This document shows, piece after piece, positions 39,985 through 55,775 of a DNA stretch of 64,000 nt. Below the pieces are notes generated by a model. That model searched no databases, had not been told where the DNA came from, and worked only from the letters and a program-made list of their open reading frames with translations. Both the position numbers and the translations under genes were made by a program. Positions within the stretch are counted from its first letter, which is position 1. Each line of letters opens with the position of its first letter. Source of the stretch: Octopus vulgaris (lineage: Eukaryota); contig OX597821.1 in assembly GCA_951406725.2 (NCBI GenBank), positions 20,274,001 through 20,338,000 on the forward strand, written 5' to 3'.

Positions 39985-40330
39985 TTTCTTTTATTTCTAT
40001 CACTTGATTTAGTCATTTGATTACGACCATACTGGAGCACCGCCTTGAAAGGCTTTAGTCGAACAAATCTATCTCAGAACTTATTTCTTATGTTTCGTAC
40101 TTATTCTATCGTTACTTTTCACGAACCGCTAAGTTCCGGTAACTTAAATATACCGACATCGGTTATCACATGCTGAAGGGGATGGTGGCGCAAAGTGAGA
40201 CACAAAAACACACACCTATATACATATACGACGGCCTTCTTTCCATTTCCGTCTACCAAATTCTTTCACAAAGCTTTGTTCGGTCCGAAACTATGGGGGA
40301 AGACACCTGCCCAAGAAACCACGCAGTGGC
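39985..40330 (-). mobile_element. SINE family A, degenerate
   Basis: ctggagcaccgcc, gaaccgctaag and ttccgtctaccaaa segments. Confidence 0.8.
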
Positions 40331-40760
40331 ATTGTGATACGTCATATTTTCTACAATGAAAGTAAAAATTAATGTTTTTCTCTCCTTGAAAATTCTTGTC
40401 CGTCGAAGGGAGGCATTGGAACCCCAGGCAAATCCTGGACTGGACTAAGTTGGATCCTATGTTTCGCCTCTAGCAGCAACTTTCTGATTGTTTTGTAATT
40501 TGGACTTCATTTATGAAACCTGTGAGAACTTTTTTCAGTTCAGCCGTATTTAAAGTTGCATACCTCGAACATAGAACGTCTATAGGTATAATCAATAGTG
40601 TATTTGATTATTTAATAAGAGTTTCAATATGGTTGAATTATGAATGCATATTGTAAGCTTCCCGAGACATTTGTGTTTATTTGGAGCATATAAGTATTGC
40701 AAGATAACAAAATATATACATACATGTGTGTGTGTCTTTTTGAGTAAATGTAAATGTTCC

Positions 40761-40791
<31 letters not shown>

Positions 40792-40796
40792 TTGCA

Positions 40797-40863
<67 letters not shown>

Positions 40864-41534
40864 ATGAAACTGTGCACTTAGCTTCGTCTCTATATGCATA
40901 TTCGTGTCTGTGTGTCTACAGGGCCGACTGTTTAAAATCTATTTCTATATTTAACCAAAATACATTCTACCATTAGAACGGTTCCCGACTATTTTTACAC
41001 CTCTCAGCCATTTCTTTTCATTTTTTCCCCTTCTGTTACTTTTTATCTAAAACCATTCTAGAAATAATGGAATATCGTATGTTTCCTAGATTGTACTGTT
41101 ATTTGTTTTTCTTTAATTTATATTTTTATTCAGTATAATGGAAAAACTTAATGATGTTATTTTCAGATGCTTTATAGTTTTACTTTGTGATGAAATCAAT
41201 GGTTTCCTGGACCATTTAACAAGCTACATACTTCTAACGTTGCGTCAGCCTATCCGGTTGGCTGGTTGCCTCTATGGATGGTTGGCTCGCAGGCTGGTTG
41301 GCTGGGTATGTTGATAAAACGTACCCAGGTTCGATTTGATTCCAGAGGAATATCTCATTACGTTCCCCTCCTCTGTCTGTCTGTCTCTCTCTCTTTCTCC
41401 CTCTCTCTCTCTCGCCATCACTCTATGTATGTCTCTTTCTCTCAAAGTGTAGATATATTTTAATGAATGGTTGGTAATATTCAGTTGCATTTCAGTATTG
41501 ATCGTGGAAACATGATTAAATTTACTGCAGCCAT

Positions 41535-41743
41535 ACTCTTTTACTATTTTACTTGTTTCAGTCATTTGACTGCGGCTATGCTGGAGCCCCGCCTTTAGTC
41601 GAGCAAATCGACCCCGGGAATTATTCTTTGTAAGCCCAGTATTATTCTATCGGTCTCTTTTGCCGAACCGCTAAGTGACGGGGACGTAAACACACCAGCA
41701 TCGGTTGTCAAGCAATGCTTGGGGGACAAACACAGACACACAA

Positions 41744-41830
<87 letters not shown>

Positions 41831-41990
41831 TACGACAGGCCTCTTTCAGCTTCCGTCCACCAAATCCATTCACAAGGCATTGGTCGGCCTGGGGCTATTG
41901 CAGAAGACACTTGCACAAGATGCCACGCAGTGGGACCGAACCCGGAACCATGTGGTTGGTTAGCAAGCTACTTACCACACAGCCACTCCT
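41535..41990 (-). mobile_element. SINE family A, full length
   Basis: Reverse complement of 21059-21513 with an expanded internal (CA)n(TA)n. Confidence 0.9.
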
Positions 41991-42384
41991 GTTCTCAAAG
42001 ATAACGTAAGTCACTGCATAAACATGTTGTCCCTTAATATATTTCATCTACAATTTTAGTTTTTCCTAAAAATATCACGGGTACTTATATTATCAATTGT
42101 TGTGTATAAATATGCAAACGAAGCTTCAAAGTATTTCAAGCTATAACACGAGTATCGTTGAAATAAAATACAAGAGTCACTATTAGCATATCAGTTTCCG
42201 CTGATGAGGAACTTGACGTTATGTATAATTATATGCATAAGCACAGACGTACATACGTACATACATACATACATACATACATACATACATACATACATAC
42301 ATACATACATACATACATACATACATACATACATACATACATACATACATACTTAAATACATACATACGCATATACTTCCTTCT

Positions 42385-42764
42385 ACACTCCGTCGGTTAC
42401 GACGACGAGGGTTTCGGTTGATCCGAATCAACGGAACAGCCTGCTCGTGTAATTAACGTGTCAGTGGCTGAGCACTCCACAGACACGTGTACCCTTAACG
42501 TAGTTCTCGGGGATATTCAGCGTGACACAGAGAGTGACAAGACCAGCCACTTGAAATACAGGTACAACAGAAACAGGAAGTAAGAATGAGAGAAAGTTGT
42601 GGTGAAAGAGTACAGCAGGGATCACCACCATCACCTGCCGGAGCCTCGTGGAGCTTTAGGTGTTTTCGCTCAATAAACACTCACAACGCCCGGTCTGGGA
42701 ATCGAAACCGCGATCCTATGACCGCGAGTCCGCTGCCCTAACCACTGGGCCATTGCGCCTCCAC
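42385..42764 (-). mobile_element. SINE family C, full length
   Basis: Matches 28263-28624 and extends to the tail gtcgtcgtaaccgacggagtg (reverse complement). Confidence 0.9.
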
Positions 42765-42798
42765 TGTACGTATATACATACATACGTAGAGAGACATG

Positions 42799-43006
42799 CG
42801 TGGGTTGCTGAAAAGTTCCTAGCTTTGGGTAAAAGAAAATCCAGAACGATCACTTAATTATGATTTAATGGAATATATTTCCCTCTCAGATTCCTACACT
42901 TACAGCTTAGAAACACCCCGGTGTTTCTAAGCCCTGTAAAAGAACTCGGCTTTCTACTAAGCCTTTCGTGACACCATTAAAGCCAAGAACCTTTTAGCAC
43001 CCCACG
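42799..43006. mobile_element. Mariner-type MITE (about 200 bp)
   Basis: About 28-bp TIRs cgtgggttgctgaaaagttcctagcttt / aaagccaagaaccttttagcaccccacg, TA on the right. Second copy at 56790-56985. Confidence 0.8.
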
Positions 43007-43042
43007 TAAATATATATATGTATATAAAGAATGACAGAGAGT

Positions 43043-43105
<63 letters not shown>

Positions 43106-43552
43106 GCAGAAATCAAATATATTGTTGTGTCATCACTAAGTAAGGAGTATGACTGATCGAAAGGACTAAAATTAATCGAAGCCAAAATGCGGCATCATTC
43201 ATGGTCTTTCTAGAAAAAGAAACCGTTAATCTCCATCACATGACATCTCATCTTACACGCTTAAACAGTAAAAGAAATAATATTTGTATCAACACGTTAT
43301 AGCTCACGATGATATAATTACAGCCTGAAATATTTCAATGACAGATTCCTGAGATATCCTTTCAAGGTCAACTTTGCTTATTTTCTTTTTGGACTCTATA
43401 AACAAAAGCACTATTCCTGTGTGTTGTGATGGCCGTCAGCCGAAATTTCGCACGAGATATGCTGCCTGATTTTGTTTCGGTTCTACAACTTCTCTGTTGA
43501 AATCTTTTCATGTTCAAACAAACAATCTTTTCATGTTCAAACAAACAATAAG

Positions 43553-43919
43553 AGACAAACGGATTAAATCGATTGCATCGACCCCAGTGTGTAACTGGTA
43601 CTTAATTTATCGACCCCGAAAGGATGAAAGGCTAAGTCGACATCGGCAGAATTTGAACTCAGAACGTAGCGGCAGACAGAATACCTATTTCTTTATTACC
43701 CACAAGGTGCTAAACACAAAGAGGACAAACAATGACAGACAAACATATTAAGTCGATTATATCGGCCCCAGTGCGTAACAGGTACTTATTTAATCGACCC
43801 CGAAAGGATGAAAGGCAAAGTCGACCTCAGCAGAATTTGAACTCAGAACGTAGCGGCAAACGAAATACTGCTAAGCTTTTCGCCCGGCGTGCTAACGTTT
43901 CTGCCAGCTCGCCGCCTTT
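43553..43919 (-). mobile_element. SINE family B head-to-tail dimer
   Basis: Two cores, with junction cagaatacctatttctttattaccc. Flanking cttttcatgttc repeats. Confidence 0.88.
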
Positions 43920-44987
43920 AACTTTTCATGTTCTACGCGGCATCTTGAGTGCATTTAGCGGAGTCATTTCTGTTGCAAGTGTTTAGGCCAGACTTCCCAC
44001 TAAGGAATAAGAATTAACTTTTCTGATTCTCATTAATCAGCTAGCAGGCAACGGACACCACTTTCTTCCCTGATTGAAAAAGAATAGAAATCTAGATCTA
44101 AGCAACAATAACATACGTAACAACATAGTGCATCAAAAAACCAGTTACAGCATAATCTAAAAGCAACAAATATTCAGAAGTAAGTATATGAGACGAGTTA
44201 AATAAATTAAAATGCTGTGTGTATAAATGCATATAGACACAAATATATATAATTATATAAACGTACCTACAAATGAAAATTTTTAAACATACAATTAGAT
44301 ATTTGTACATATATATGAACACGGATTTATATATACGTATACGAGCGAGAGAGTGAAAGAGGGAGAGAGAAAGAGAAATAGAGACGTAGAGATACCCGTG
44401 AATAAGCACATATATATTTATGCGATACTATACTCGTATATTCCGTGTGGATTTATTTCAACAAATCTTATATGTATATTTATATATCATGCATAGAATG
44501 TACACGGATATTTGTAATCTTTGATATATGTCTTCCAAGATTGAATCTAATATAATACCTTCCTGATATAAGTGTTAGTGTTTACGCATTGGAATCTTCA
44601 CATGTTACTGGGAATAGAAGTGAATAATATTTTAAATGTTTTCATATAAACGCTAAGAGTTTTTTGATAAGTTCTCTCCAGTATATTTATTCATTCTATG
44701 CACTTTATTGGAAAACGATATGTTTACCAGTGTGTATAGTTTTGTAACTTACACTCATGTAATTCGGTGTCTGCATGTTTATATATGCATGTGTATATAC
44801 GCACATAAATATGTATGCTTGTATACGCTAACACACACACACACAAAACTGCATATAAATAAGCAGCCTTATCTAATAATGTATCTATAGACACATTAAC
44901 AATTTATGTGATACTTCAATATTATGATATACGATGTATGGTTTATGATATATGATATAAGATGTATGAGATATATATTCATTTCTC

Positions 44988-45061
<74 letters not shown>

Positions 45062-45172
45062 TTCATATGTATATATAAATATATATATATATTATATATA
45101 CATATATATACATATATATGCGCATAATGTACATATGCATATATATATATATATATATATATCTTATCTATG

Positions 45173-45226
<54 letters not shown>

Positions 45227-45992
45227 TTTATGTATGTATGTATGTATGTATGTATGTATGTACATATATGTGCAATCATATACATATACATATTCATAAA
45301 GGCATGCATGCACTTATACGTATGCACTTGCGCAGTATTACATAATTAATACATACAACACTATATAGATAGCACTTCACATGCATACCGTCTCCATTTA
45401 AGTATGTGACTATATATCGTGCGAAAACGGGATTTAAAATATAAAATATTCCTCACTGCACACATTCCTTCATATAAAACACAAATGCATATAAACAGAC
45501 CTACCATAAAAAAAATATTCATACATACATGCATGTGTGTGTGTGTTATGCATATACGTGCATATATGTATATATACGTATGTACAGATAATGTATTTGT
45601 AAACAGTTAAATTAGCTTCACTGTGATGTTTGACTGTACATTGCTGCTGTTTATACCTTTGAAAATAATGCGGAGGCCTGTTATTATAGGCAGTACTGTT
45701 ATTATAGAGAATATTGTTATTTATGCTCGCAAGCAACAAACAACAGTCGTCAGTAGGATGCGGGTGAAATATCATTTAGGTACTTTGATCTTTGTTTATG
45801 TACGTATATATAACTGTGCGTATGAGCGTAAATACATGTTTGCATATATGCACACACACACACACATACACACACACACATACTACAGGCAGTCAAATAC
45901 AAATATATACATATTTATCATTTTATTTACTTACTTATCACTTTACTGTTTCTAATTGATCACTCTGATTTTGCTTCTTACTGTAGAATATA

Positions 45993-47284
45993 CGAGGGAC
46001 GTTCAGTAAGTAATGCCCCTGACCCACTTGTTGTTGTTTGATCTTGCTGAAATTTTGTATGTGCGATTATTCATATCTCTATAGATGAAGTGGAAAATTA
46101 CAGCTCTGAACCAAGTGTGGTTTCTGATTTACAGGTGTTTTAACTGAGTCAAGTGTGAAATGGAGCCTGTTGAGTGTCAAGCAGTGATCCTGGTTTTCTA
46201 TTTGAAAGGACGCACACCACGGGAGACTTTTGATGAAATGAAAATAACTTATGGTGATGATGCCCCATCATATAACCTTGTAAAACGCTGGCATCGTGAA
46301 TTCAAACATGGTCGTAACTCTGTGGAAACAGCTCCCAGATCTGGTCACCCTCCTCCTGCCATTGATGAGGCATCTGTCCGTCAAGTTGAGGCTGCCATTT
46401 TGGAAGATCGACGCATAACTATTCGCCAAATAGCCCATGAGGTCAAGATTAGTACCGGGTCTGTGGAAACTATCATTCATGACCATTTGCATATGCAAAA
46501 GGTTTCTGCCAGATGGATTCCCAAGTTGCTCACACCTTTCCAGAAGCAAGAACGCGTCGAGTGCTCGAGAATGAATTTGGAGATGTGCCAAGAAGATGAG
46601 TCAAAATTTTTCAAAAGACTGATTACACAGGATGAAACCTGGGTCCATCACCATGATCCAGAGACCAAAGCCCAGTCAATGCAGTGGAAACACCGTGACT
46701 CACCTCCTCCAAAGAAGGCAAGGGTGCAGCCCTCCGCTGGCAAGGTCAAGCTCACAGTCTTCTGGGTCGAGGACCGAGTAGAGATGACAGATTTCCTGGC
46801 AAAAGGTACCACAATTACAGGAGCCTATTATGCTTCACTTTTGAGGAAATTAAGAGAAGCTATCAAAATCAAGAGGCGGGGCAAGATCAGCAAAGGCATC
46901 CTCCTCCTGCAGGACAACGCTCCGGTCCACAACTCGATGGTGGCCAGATCAGAAGCACAGGCGTGCGGCTATGAACTCTTCCCCCAAACTCCTACTCTCC
47001 TGACTTTGCACCCTCGGATTTTCCCCTCTTCCCAGCCATGAAGTTGTTTTTGAAAGGAAAGCGTTTCCCAGATGATGCAGCCTTGATTTCTGAAGTCAGG
47101 TCGTGGTTGGAGGACCAAGCTGGGGTCTTCTACAAAAACGGTCTCTAGAGCTGCATCAAACGATGGGAGAAATGTATAACTCTGGATGGTTCCTATGTAA
47201 AAGAAGATTAATAACTGTGCCAAGTGTCGTTGCTCTACTGCTATGGGAAGTGGGTCAGGGGCATTACTTATTGAACGCCCCTCG
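45993..47284 (+). mobile_element. Full-length mariner transposon (1292 bp; irritans-like CGAGGG ends)
   Basis: 37-bp TIRs (45993-46029 / 47248-47284, 2 mismatches), TA TSD on both sides, internal transposase. Confidence 0.95.
46160..47211 (+). pseudogene. Mariner DD34D transposase, 1-bp frameshift near 46987 and in-frame TAG near 47146
   Basis: HTH region, WIPKLL, ITQDETW, LLQDNAPVH, then after the shift YSPDFAPSDF..LKGKRF..RWEKCI. Restored spacing between the last two Asp residues is 34. Confidence 0.93.
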
Positions 47285-47484
47285 TATATATAAATATATT
47301 ATATTGTGCATTTCTATATCCCATTCTCCAGTTCTTTCATTTTTAGGGCATATGCATTGATACGTATTAAGAGCTGCATCTTTGTGTTGTAATGTAACTT
47401 CTCAATGTGGACGATGAGTAAGATGAATTACTATTGCTAATATTAATGCGCATGATGCTGCAACTGCTTCTGCTGATACTACTA

Positions 47485-47565
<81 letters not shown>

Positions 47566-47566
47566 A

Positions 47567-47870
47567 TGAGGAGACCCCCCCTTCGGTCATGGAATAACCA
47601 TGAGATTGCGCCTAGAAAGTTACCCTCAAAGGCACAAGTTCGGGCAACGTTGTTTGTGGAAGGCCAGTAGTCATGCTTAATAGCCTTCCCTCCCCACACC
47701 ACTGATGTTATCCAAGGGAAAGTCACTTTTCACTTTCTGTCTACCAAAGACACTCACAAAGTTTCCTTCACACGAGGCTTTTATAGATAGCCCAAGGTGC
47801 CACGCATTGAAACTGAAGACAGAACCAAGTGGTTGTAAAGCAAGATTCTTACCACAAACTCGCACCTGCC
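47567..47870 (-). mobile_element. SINE with family-A-like head but different 3' tail, ending in (TAG)n
   Basis: 47720-47870 resembles the family A 5' half. 47567-47720 is a distinct tail adjoining (CTA)n at 47478-47565. Confidence 0.6.
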
Positions 47871-47871
47871 A

Positions 47872-47938
<67 letters not shown>

Positions 47939-47957
47939 CCTATCTATCTATCTATCT

Positions 47958-48855
<898 letters not shown>

Positions 48856-50230
48856 GTATATGTTTTATTTGTGTGTGTGCATGTGTGTGTATACATATAT
48901 ACATATATTTGTGACAGGATGTGCTCATATTCTGTGGCGTGTGTTTCATCAAATATTTATTATGTCCTACCTCGTTGTACTCTTTGTGCCATCCGTTCTC
49001 ATTGATCACCCATTCATTAACATCGTTAATGAGGTTCAGTACTTTATGAGCGTGTGTTATTCTGTTGTATACTATACTTCAGCGTTGGACATAGAATATA
49101 TGTGCTCGTTTGAAATCCTACGCTGGAAGTATCCTGCTTGCTGTTACCACCGCTTTTTACTCATTGTTTTTTTTTTTCTATTCGTAGCATCATATAATTC
49201 TGTTTTCCACGAATTCACCATTTTGCTTATGCAGCGATTCTGTAACCCGTACTGCTGTTGAAGAGATTAATTCTCTCTCATCGATAGCTGGTCTTGTAGT
49301 AGCACATGGTTCCAGCGATTTTCTGGCAGTTACTGGAAATGCAAGAGGTGATACTTTCAAAAGGCTAGAAACATCACCTTGTAACATCACCTGCCTACCC
49401 CATTGTCACCTTTGGTATCATTGGCACTATTTAGACAATTGTGAACTACATATTTTGTGGAGATTCGTTTCCGTCATCACGTGTCTATATTGTTGCACAA
49501 ATTTGAATACAACACAATAGTTCACGCTTGTGCCAATACCTCTGATTCTATTTCTCTACACAACTATGTAATATAGCATCAATCTGAGGTAGGTGTAGTT
49601 TTCATCAGCTATAGCTGTATTTTTGCTTTGCAGCTCCTGAACCTCAGAAAACAGGGAAACGCTTCCATACTCCCTGCTCTAGTGGACAGATCATGCATCA
49701 TGAAAGACTTTGCCTACAGTCTGGTCTTATTATATCGTCAAGCACACATAAAAAGAAAACTGTTTGAATTATAGCAAAGGTAATCACATTCACCCCTTTT
49801 GTTTCATAAATTCATTCACAAAGAGGTACTGCTATTTGTAACATATATCAACATACTCCTCATTTTTTTTTTGTGTGCAATTTCTAGGTGTATTGCCTTT
49901 TCCTATCACCAAATAATGGCATATCGTTGATGTTTAAATTGATGACATTTACACTATTTATCTTACCATTGTTCTGCAATTAACTTATTGTTACCAACTC
50001 TCATTTTATCTCTTTTCAGTAGAACCTACGAAAATGTTTAAGAGCGAAACTGGTGTTATGATTGATTTATAATTCAGGTGACTGTTTATGAGAGTATCAC
50101 TTTTCCCTGATACTTTTAATACGTGTATTTTACCTAGGACTATGTACCTACGACTATGTAGCTCAAATATATGAGTGTATATTTGGGCAAGTATACACAT
50201 GAAGAAAATAGCTACATTTATCATTAACTA

Positions 50231-50796
50231 TTGGGTTGTCCGGAAAGTTCATGCCGATTTATAGTAGCTTACATTTCGACTTATTTTAGAACATGGTTGA
50301 GTCCATAAAACAGGATTTGATTGCACCTCCATTTAGAGCACAGTTTAAGCTATCTTTTCGTGGAAGAAGGCTTATGTTCCTATAACCAGTGTTAATTCTG
50401 TAACCCGTTAAAATTGAAGCAAGTTCATTTTCGGCACTTGATGCTTTAGGAACAAGACAGAAATTGCTGCAGCTCGGCTGGGATGCGTTACCCCCCCTCC
50501 ATATTCACTAGATATCACTCCTTCGATTTTTTACTTATTCGGGTCTCTGCAAAATAGTCTTATTGGTAAAAATTTCAATTCCTTGGATGATGTAAAAAGA
50601 TTCCTTGATGAATTCTTCACCATGAAACCACCTCAATTCTGGGAAGAGAGTATTTTCAAGTTAAAGGAAAGATGGAGATGCAGTGTGCAACAAAATGGTT
50701 CATATTTGGTTAATTAAAAATGTAATGTAATGATAAGTATTTATTGACCCTTTTTCTTTCCTTTAAAAATCGGCATGAACTTTCCGGACAAGCCAA
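50231..50796 (+). mobile_element. Internally deleted mariner (mellifera-like), 566 bp
   Basis: 30-bp TIRs ttgggttgtccggaaagttcatgccgattt (1 mismatch), TA on the left and TG on the right. Remnants HFRHLML fused to KLLQLGWD..PPYSLDITPS..SLQNSL.GKNF..KLKERW. Confidence 0.9.
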
Positions 50797-50918
50797 TGTA
50801 TAAGTATGCAAAGAAGTCACGCCCATGTATAGAAAATATACTGTCTGTGTACGTATTAGAGTATGATTTTATGATTGAACGTATAATAATGTACCCATAC
50901 CTCGACACTGATTATATT

Positions 50919-50985
<67 letters not shown>

Positions 50986-51540
50986 ACGTGCTTGTTTGTA
51001 TGCGTGTTTGTGTGCTTGCATGTAAGAATAAAAAATAAAAAATAAATTTGCAATCCTGTGTTCGAAATGTAAGGCGGTGATGAGGCAAACCTCATTACAA
51101 ATATTACAATATTTGTTGATTAATGACATTAATCAAGTGTTAATGAGGTATTAATGACCCAGGACATAACAGTTTTAGCTACGTAGTTAACTGGGATGAA
51201 TTCAGTATAAATTATATATGAGGCGGATCACAACACATTTCAAACAGAAAACGTATGAAACGGGCATTTGTATTTCACTTGAGGATTGAATGCAGCAAGT
51301 TAAGCAGGAAGGAAGAAAGGCAACTTACTGAAAGAGAACTGAAAGAGAACTGAGCAAAATCTCAATCTTTTGAGTTCCGTGAGATCTGCAACACGTTTGT
51401 TTGTGTTTAAATAACATCATCAAGTCGGAGACGAAGGACTCATAATATAAACGTCTCTTGATTAGGAATTAAAGCTCCTACTAAGGAATCCAAATAACGC
51501 ATCCGTGGTGTCACGATGTTATATTACTCTGAGAATCAAT

Positions 51541-51591
<51 letters not shown>

Positions 51592-51595
<4 letters not shown>

Positions 51596-51991
51596 TCGAG
51601 TTAGAAAACAGATTGCTCTAATGGATATAAATTAGTATATTAATCAGTTGACATATTCAACTAAAATTGTTTCATTTCGCAAGCAAAGTAAAAATTACAA
51701 AACATATATAAATATATAATTATGCATTTTAAAGACTGTGTATGGGGAATCATCAGGCTGTACATACGTACATAATAAACATGACTATATAAACTGAGTA
51801 ATCCAAACGGATTATAATTTAATCCTTGTATTGTGTTGTATACACACCGCTGATTTTCCATACATGGTAACATATATTGATATATGTTTTGCAATTTTAA
51901 TTATGAAATGAAATAATTGTAGGTGAATATGTTAATTAATTCTAAAACTAATATGTCTCCATTAGCTCTCACCCTTTTCTAACTCGATAAT
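51592..51991. mobile_element. AT-rich MITE with about 130-bp imperfect TIRs
   Basis: attatcgagttagaaaa..ctaatgga..acatattca..caaaacatatat is mirrored by 51865-51991. Confidence 0.7.
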
Positions 51992-52156
51992 AATATTTGA
52001 TATTTTACGATATTTTATATAATATATTCATTCAAGAAATATCTCTTCAAAGTAAAGTATATTAAAGCAGTGTATCTTGGAGAAAAAAATCCCTACATGA
52101 GGTTTAAGTATCCTCATTGGGACTATATATATATATATACATGCATACATACATAA

Positions 52157-52215
<59 letters not shown>

Positions 52216-52222
52216 TTATTTA

Positions 52223-52570
52223 TTCTTTTACTTGTTTCAGTCATTTGAATGCGGCCATGCTGGAGCACCTCAGAATTTATTCTTTGTTAGCCTAGTGCTT
52301 ATTCTATAATACTTATCATCTTTTGCTGAACCGCTAAGTTACGGAGACATAAACACACCGTCAAGCGACGGTGGTTGAACAAATACAGATGCATACACAC
52401 ACTCCACTCATATATATATATGACGGCCTTCTTTCAGTTCCCGTCTACCAAATCCACTCACAAGGCTTTGATCGGCCCAGGGCTATAGCAGAAGACAAGG
52501 TGCCGCACGGTGAGACTGAATCTAGAACTATGTGGTCAAGAAGCAAGCTTCTTGCCACAGAGCCACGCAT
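52223..52570 (-). mobile_element. SINE family A, deleted or degenerate
   Basis: cttgtttcagtcatttga..gcggccatgctggagcacc and ccgtctaccaaatccactcacaagg. Confidence 0.82.
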
Positions 52571-52961
52571 GCTCCTATATATAACTTTTCGTTTCACAGT
52601 CATTTCTATCGTAATTAGACCCAGCACTGAAAGTTACGACGATTCGTATAGGAATAACTCTATTTAAACAATGCGATCAAAGATAAAAAAGCACCGCAAA
52701 AAGTAACAGAGAATCTCACAAATTTTCAGACGACACCGCGTGTTGCCTAAGAGAAAATATTGGCGGTCCTCTGGATGTAGCGTTGCGTTAGGTGAGCGCC
52801 ACTCTGTTACATTTTCCAAAATTTTATAGATGTTGCACTTCATAAAATCCTGCCTGTGCGATCTTACAATGCAAAAATACAAAAAGAATACGGAAGCTTC
52901 GTATATCTATACATACTTACATAAATATACATGCATTCATAAATATACATATATTTATGAA

Positions 52962-53121
52962 TGGAGTGGCTGTGTGGTAAGTAGCTTGTTTACCGACCAC
53001 ATGGTTCAGGGTCCAGTCCCACTACGTGGCACCTTGGGCAAATGTCTTCTACTATAGCCTCGGGCCGACCAAAGCCTTTTGAGTGGATTTGGTAGATGGA
53101 AACTGAAAGAAGCCCGTCGTA

Positions 53122-53196
<75 letters not shown>

Positions 53197-53388
53197 TTGT
53201 GTGTCTATGTTTGTCCTCCCAACATCGCTTGACAACCGATGCTGGTGTGTTTACGCCCCCGTAACTTACCGATAGAATAAGTACTAGGCTTACAAAGAAT
53301 AAGACCTAGAGTCGATTTGCTCGACTAAAGGTGGTGCTCCAGCATGGTCACAGTCAAATGACTGAAACAAGTAAAAGAGTAAAAGAGT
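52962..53388 (+). mobile_element. SINE family A, near full length
   Basis: ggagtggctgtgtggtaagtagc head through the gtaaaagagtaaaagag tail. Confidence 0.9.
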
Positions 53389-53858
53389 ATATGTGGAGAG
53401 AGAGAGAGAAAGAGAGAGAGAAGAGCAGGAGTTAATATTAGCTACGTAAGAATGTTGTAACCCAACTGATCTATGTAGGCGGATATGTAATTTAGAATTC
53501 TCGCTTGCACTGAATATTTTTAAAAAATACTTACAAGAATACTGAATTTTATGTGCCACAGCACTGGGAATCTACTGTATGATTCATTACGATTTTAAGA
53601 ATAAAATGTGTGTGCATAACTTATGAAAAATTTGCTCTCTTTTCATCTGAACTCACCTATAAATCTTATTTTTGAGGTATACCTCAAACAATGGCATAAA
53701 GATTACTCCAGATATATGTTCCATAACGCATACACAAACATATAGATAAGCGTATATGTGTGTGTATTCACATGTGTATATACATATTTATCTTTCTCTC
53801 TCCCTCTCCCTCTCTCACCACTCTCTCTCTCTCTGTATGTACATATGTATGAATGTGT

Positions 53859-53919
<61 letters not shown>

Positions 53920-54153
53920 TATATACACGCACACGCATCTATACATATATGCATGTATGTATGTATGTATTCATGTATTTATGTACGCACGTATATACAT
54001 ATGTATATATATGTGTGTGTGTATAGGGATACATCGATAGACAGGCAGCGGTCATACAGATAAAAAGAGAGCCAGACAGATAAATAGACAGACATACACA
54101 CAGACTCACAGACAGATAGATAGTAGATAGATAAATAGATAGATAGATAGATT

Positions 54154-54200
<47 letters not shown>

Positions 54201-54316
54201 GAGAGATAGAAAAATAGATAGATAGATAGACAGACAGGCAGCGGTCAGACATGAAAAGAATGACAGAAAGATAAATAGACAGACAGACAGAAAAACAGAC
54301 AGACAGACAGACAGAC

Positions 54317-54379
<63 letters not shown>

Positions 54380-54693
54380 GACATGGCACACATATACTCA
54401 AATATGTATGCATTCGTGTGCATGCGCGTGTAAACGCAAACATTGATATATATTTATATGCAGAAATGATTTTCAGTCACAGAAATGTATAATACCCAGA
54501 AGACATAGAGATAGATACTTACAAAAATATTAATTTTTTCCATAGACATAAGGGGTCTACTTATATAAATATTAAAACTGTCTTAGGCACGCTTATATAT
54601 AAGATATGAGGCAGAAAAGCTTCCGTAAACTGCATACATACACCATCCCATATATATATATATATATATATATGCATATAAACACATATATAT

Positions 54694-54782
<89 letters not shown>

Positions 54783-55560
54783 TATATACATACATACATG
54801 GATATATCTATGTTTATGTGTGTATATATATATGGAGTATAAAATTATGCTTCACGTGTATTCAATAGAAATAATGAAACACAAATATTGGATGATTCGT
54901 TCTATTGTTTAGCATTTCTTCTTCATTGGTTTGTATCATCTAAAATTCGTTTGTTGCTGTTTCTTTACGCTAGATTTATTGAAGTTTATCTCCTGTAATG
55001 TCTATTAAATTTGAATGAATTCTATACAGATTTACAACCTCTTCAATAAACCTCGATTTTTGTTGAACATCAGCGCACATTTATTAATATTTTACGCTCC
55101 AAAGTTATTGCCCTATTATTTTACTCGTTCAGGAAAACGTAGTTTATTGATTTTTTTCCCCTTCTTACATTTTTCATCTGTAAGTCACGTTATTTTCGTG
55201 CTTTAAGATGAGGTTAATACATACATTTAAGCATTCTATATTTTTATTTACCTACCATTTATATTTTATTTGTAATTTATATTTTATTCATAACAGGCGA
55301 CTTATTCGTGTATAAAATTTGATATAAAATTTCAAATATATATATGCCACTGTATTTTGTCTATATGATATCACTTGATTTTAGCAATTATCTTTCATAT
55401 AGCAGTATTATCTTTCTTATAGCATTTTTTTAAACAGAAAATAATTTCAAGCCTGTATACACTTAAATAATTATTTGAAATACCGAAACTTACCTAAGGT
55501 TTCCCTGTATATGAATAAGAAATCTTAACTACTGTAAATAATTAGGTGTATGTTTTTTTA

Positions 55561-55775
55561 AGGCGGCGAGCAGGCACAATCCTTAGCACGCCGGAAAAAA
55601 ATGATTAGCGGCATTTCGTCCGTCTTTATGTTCTGAGTTCAAATTACGCCGAGGTTGACTTTAACTTTCGTCCTTATGGGGTTGATAATTGAAGTACGGC
55701 TTGATTACTGGGGTCGAAGTAATCGTCTTAGTCCATCACTCGTAACTGCTGGCGTTGTGACAAAATTTGAAACCG
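55561..55775 (+). mobile_element. SINE family B monomer (alternative tail)
   Basis: aggcggcgagc head, ttctgagttcaaatt, ctggggtcga, and tail ttgtgacaaaatttgaaac as at 20385-20403. Confidence 0.8.

Noticed and set aside
46268-46591. Antisense ORFs within the mariner and LINE (also 557-805, 824-1114, 10468-10764)
   Set aside because: Shadow frames of transposon coding sequence on the opposite strand.
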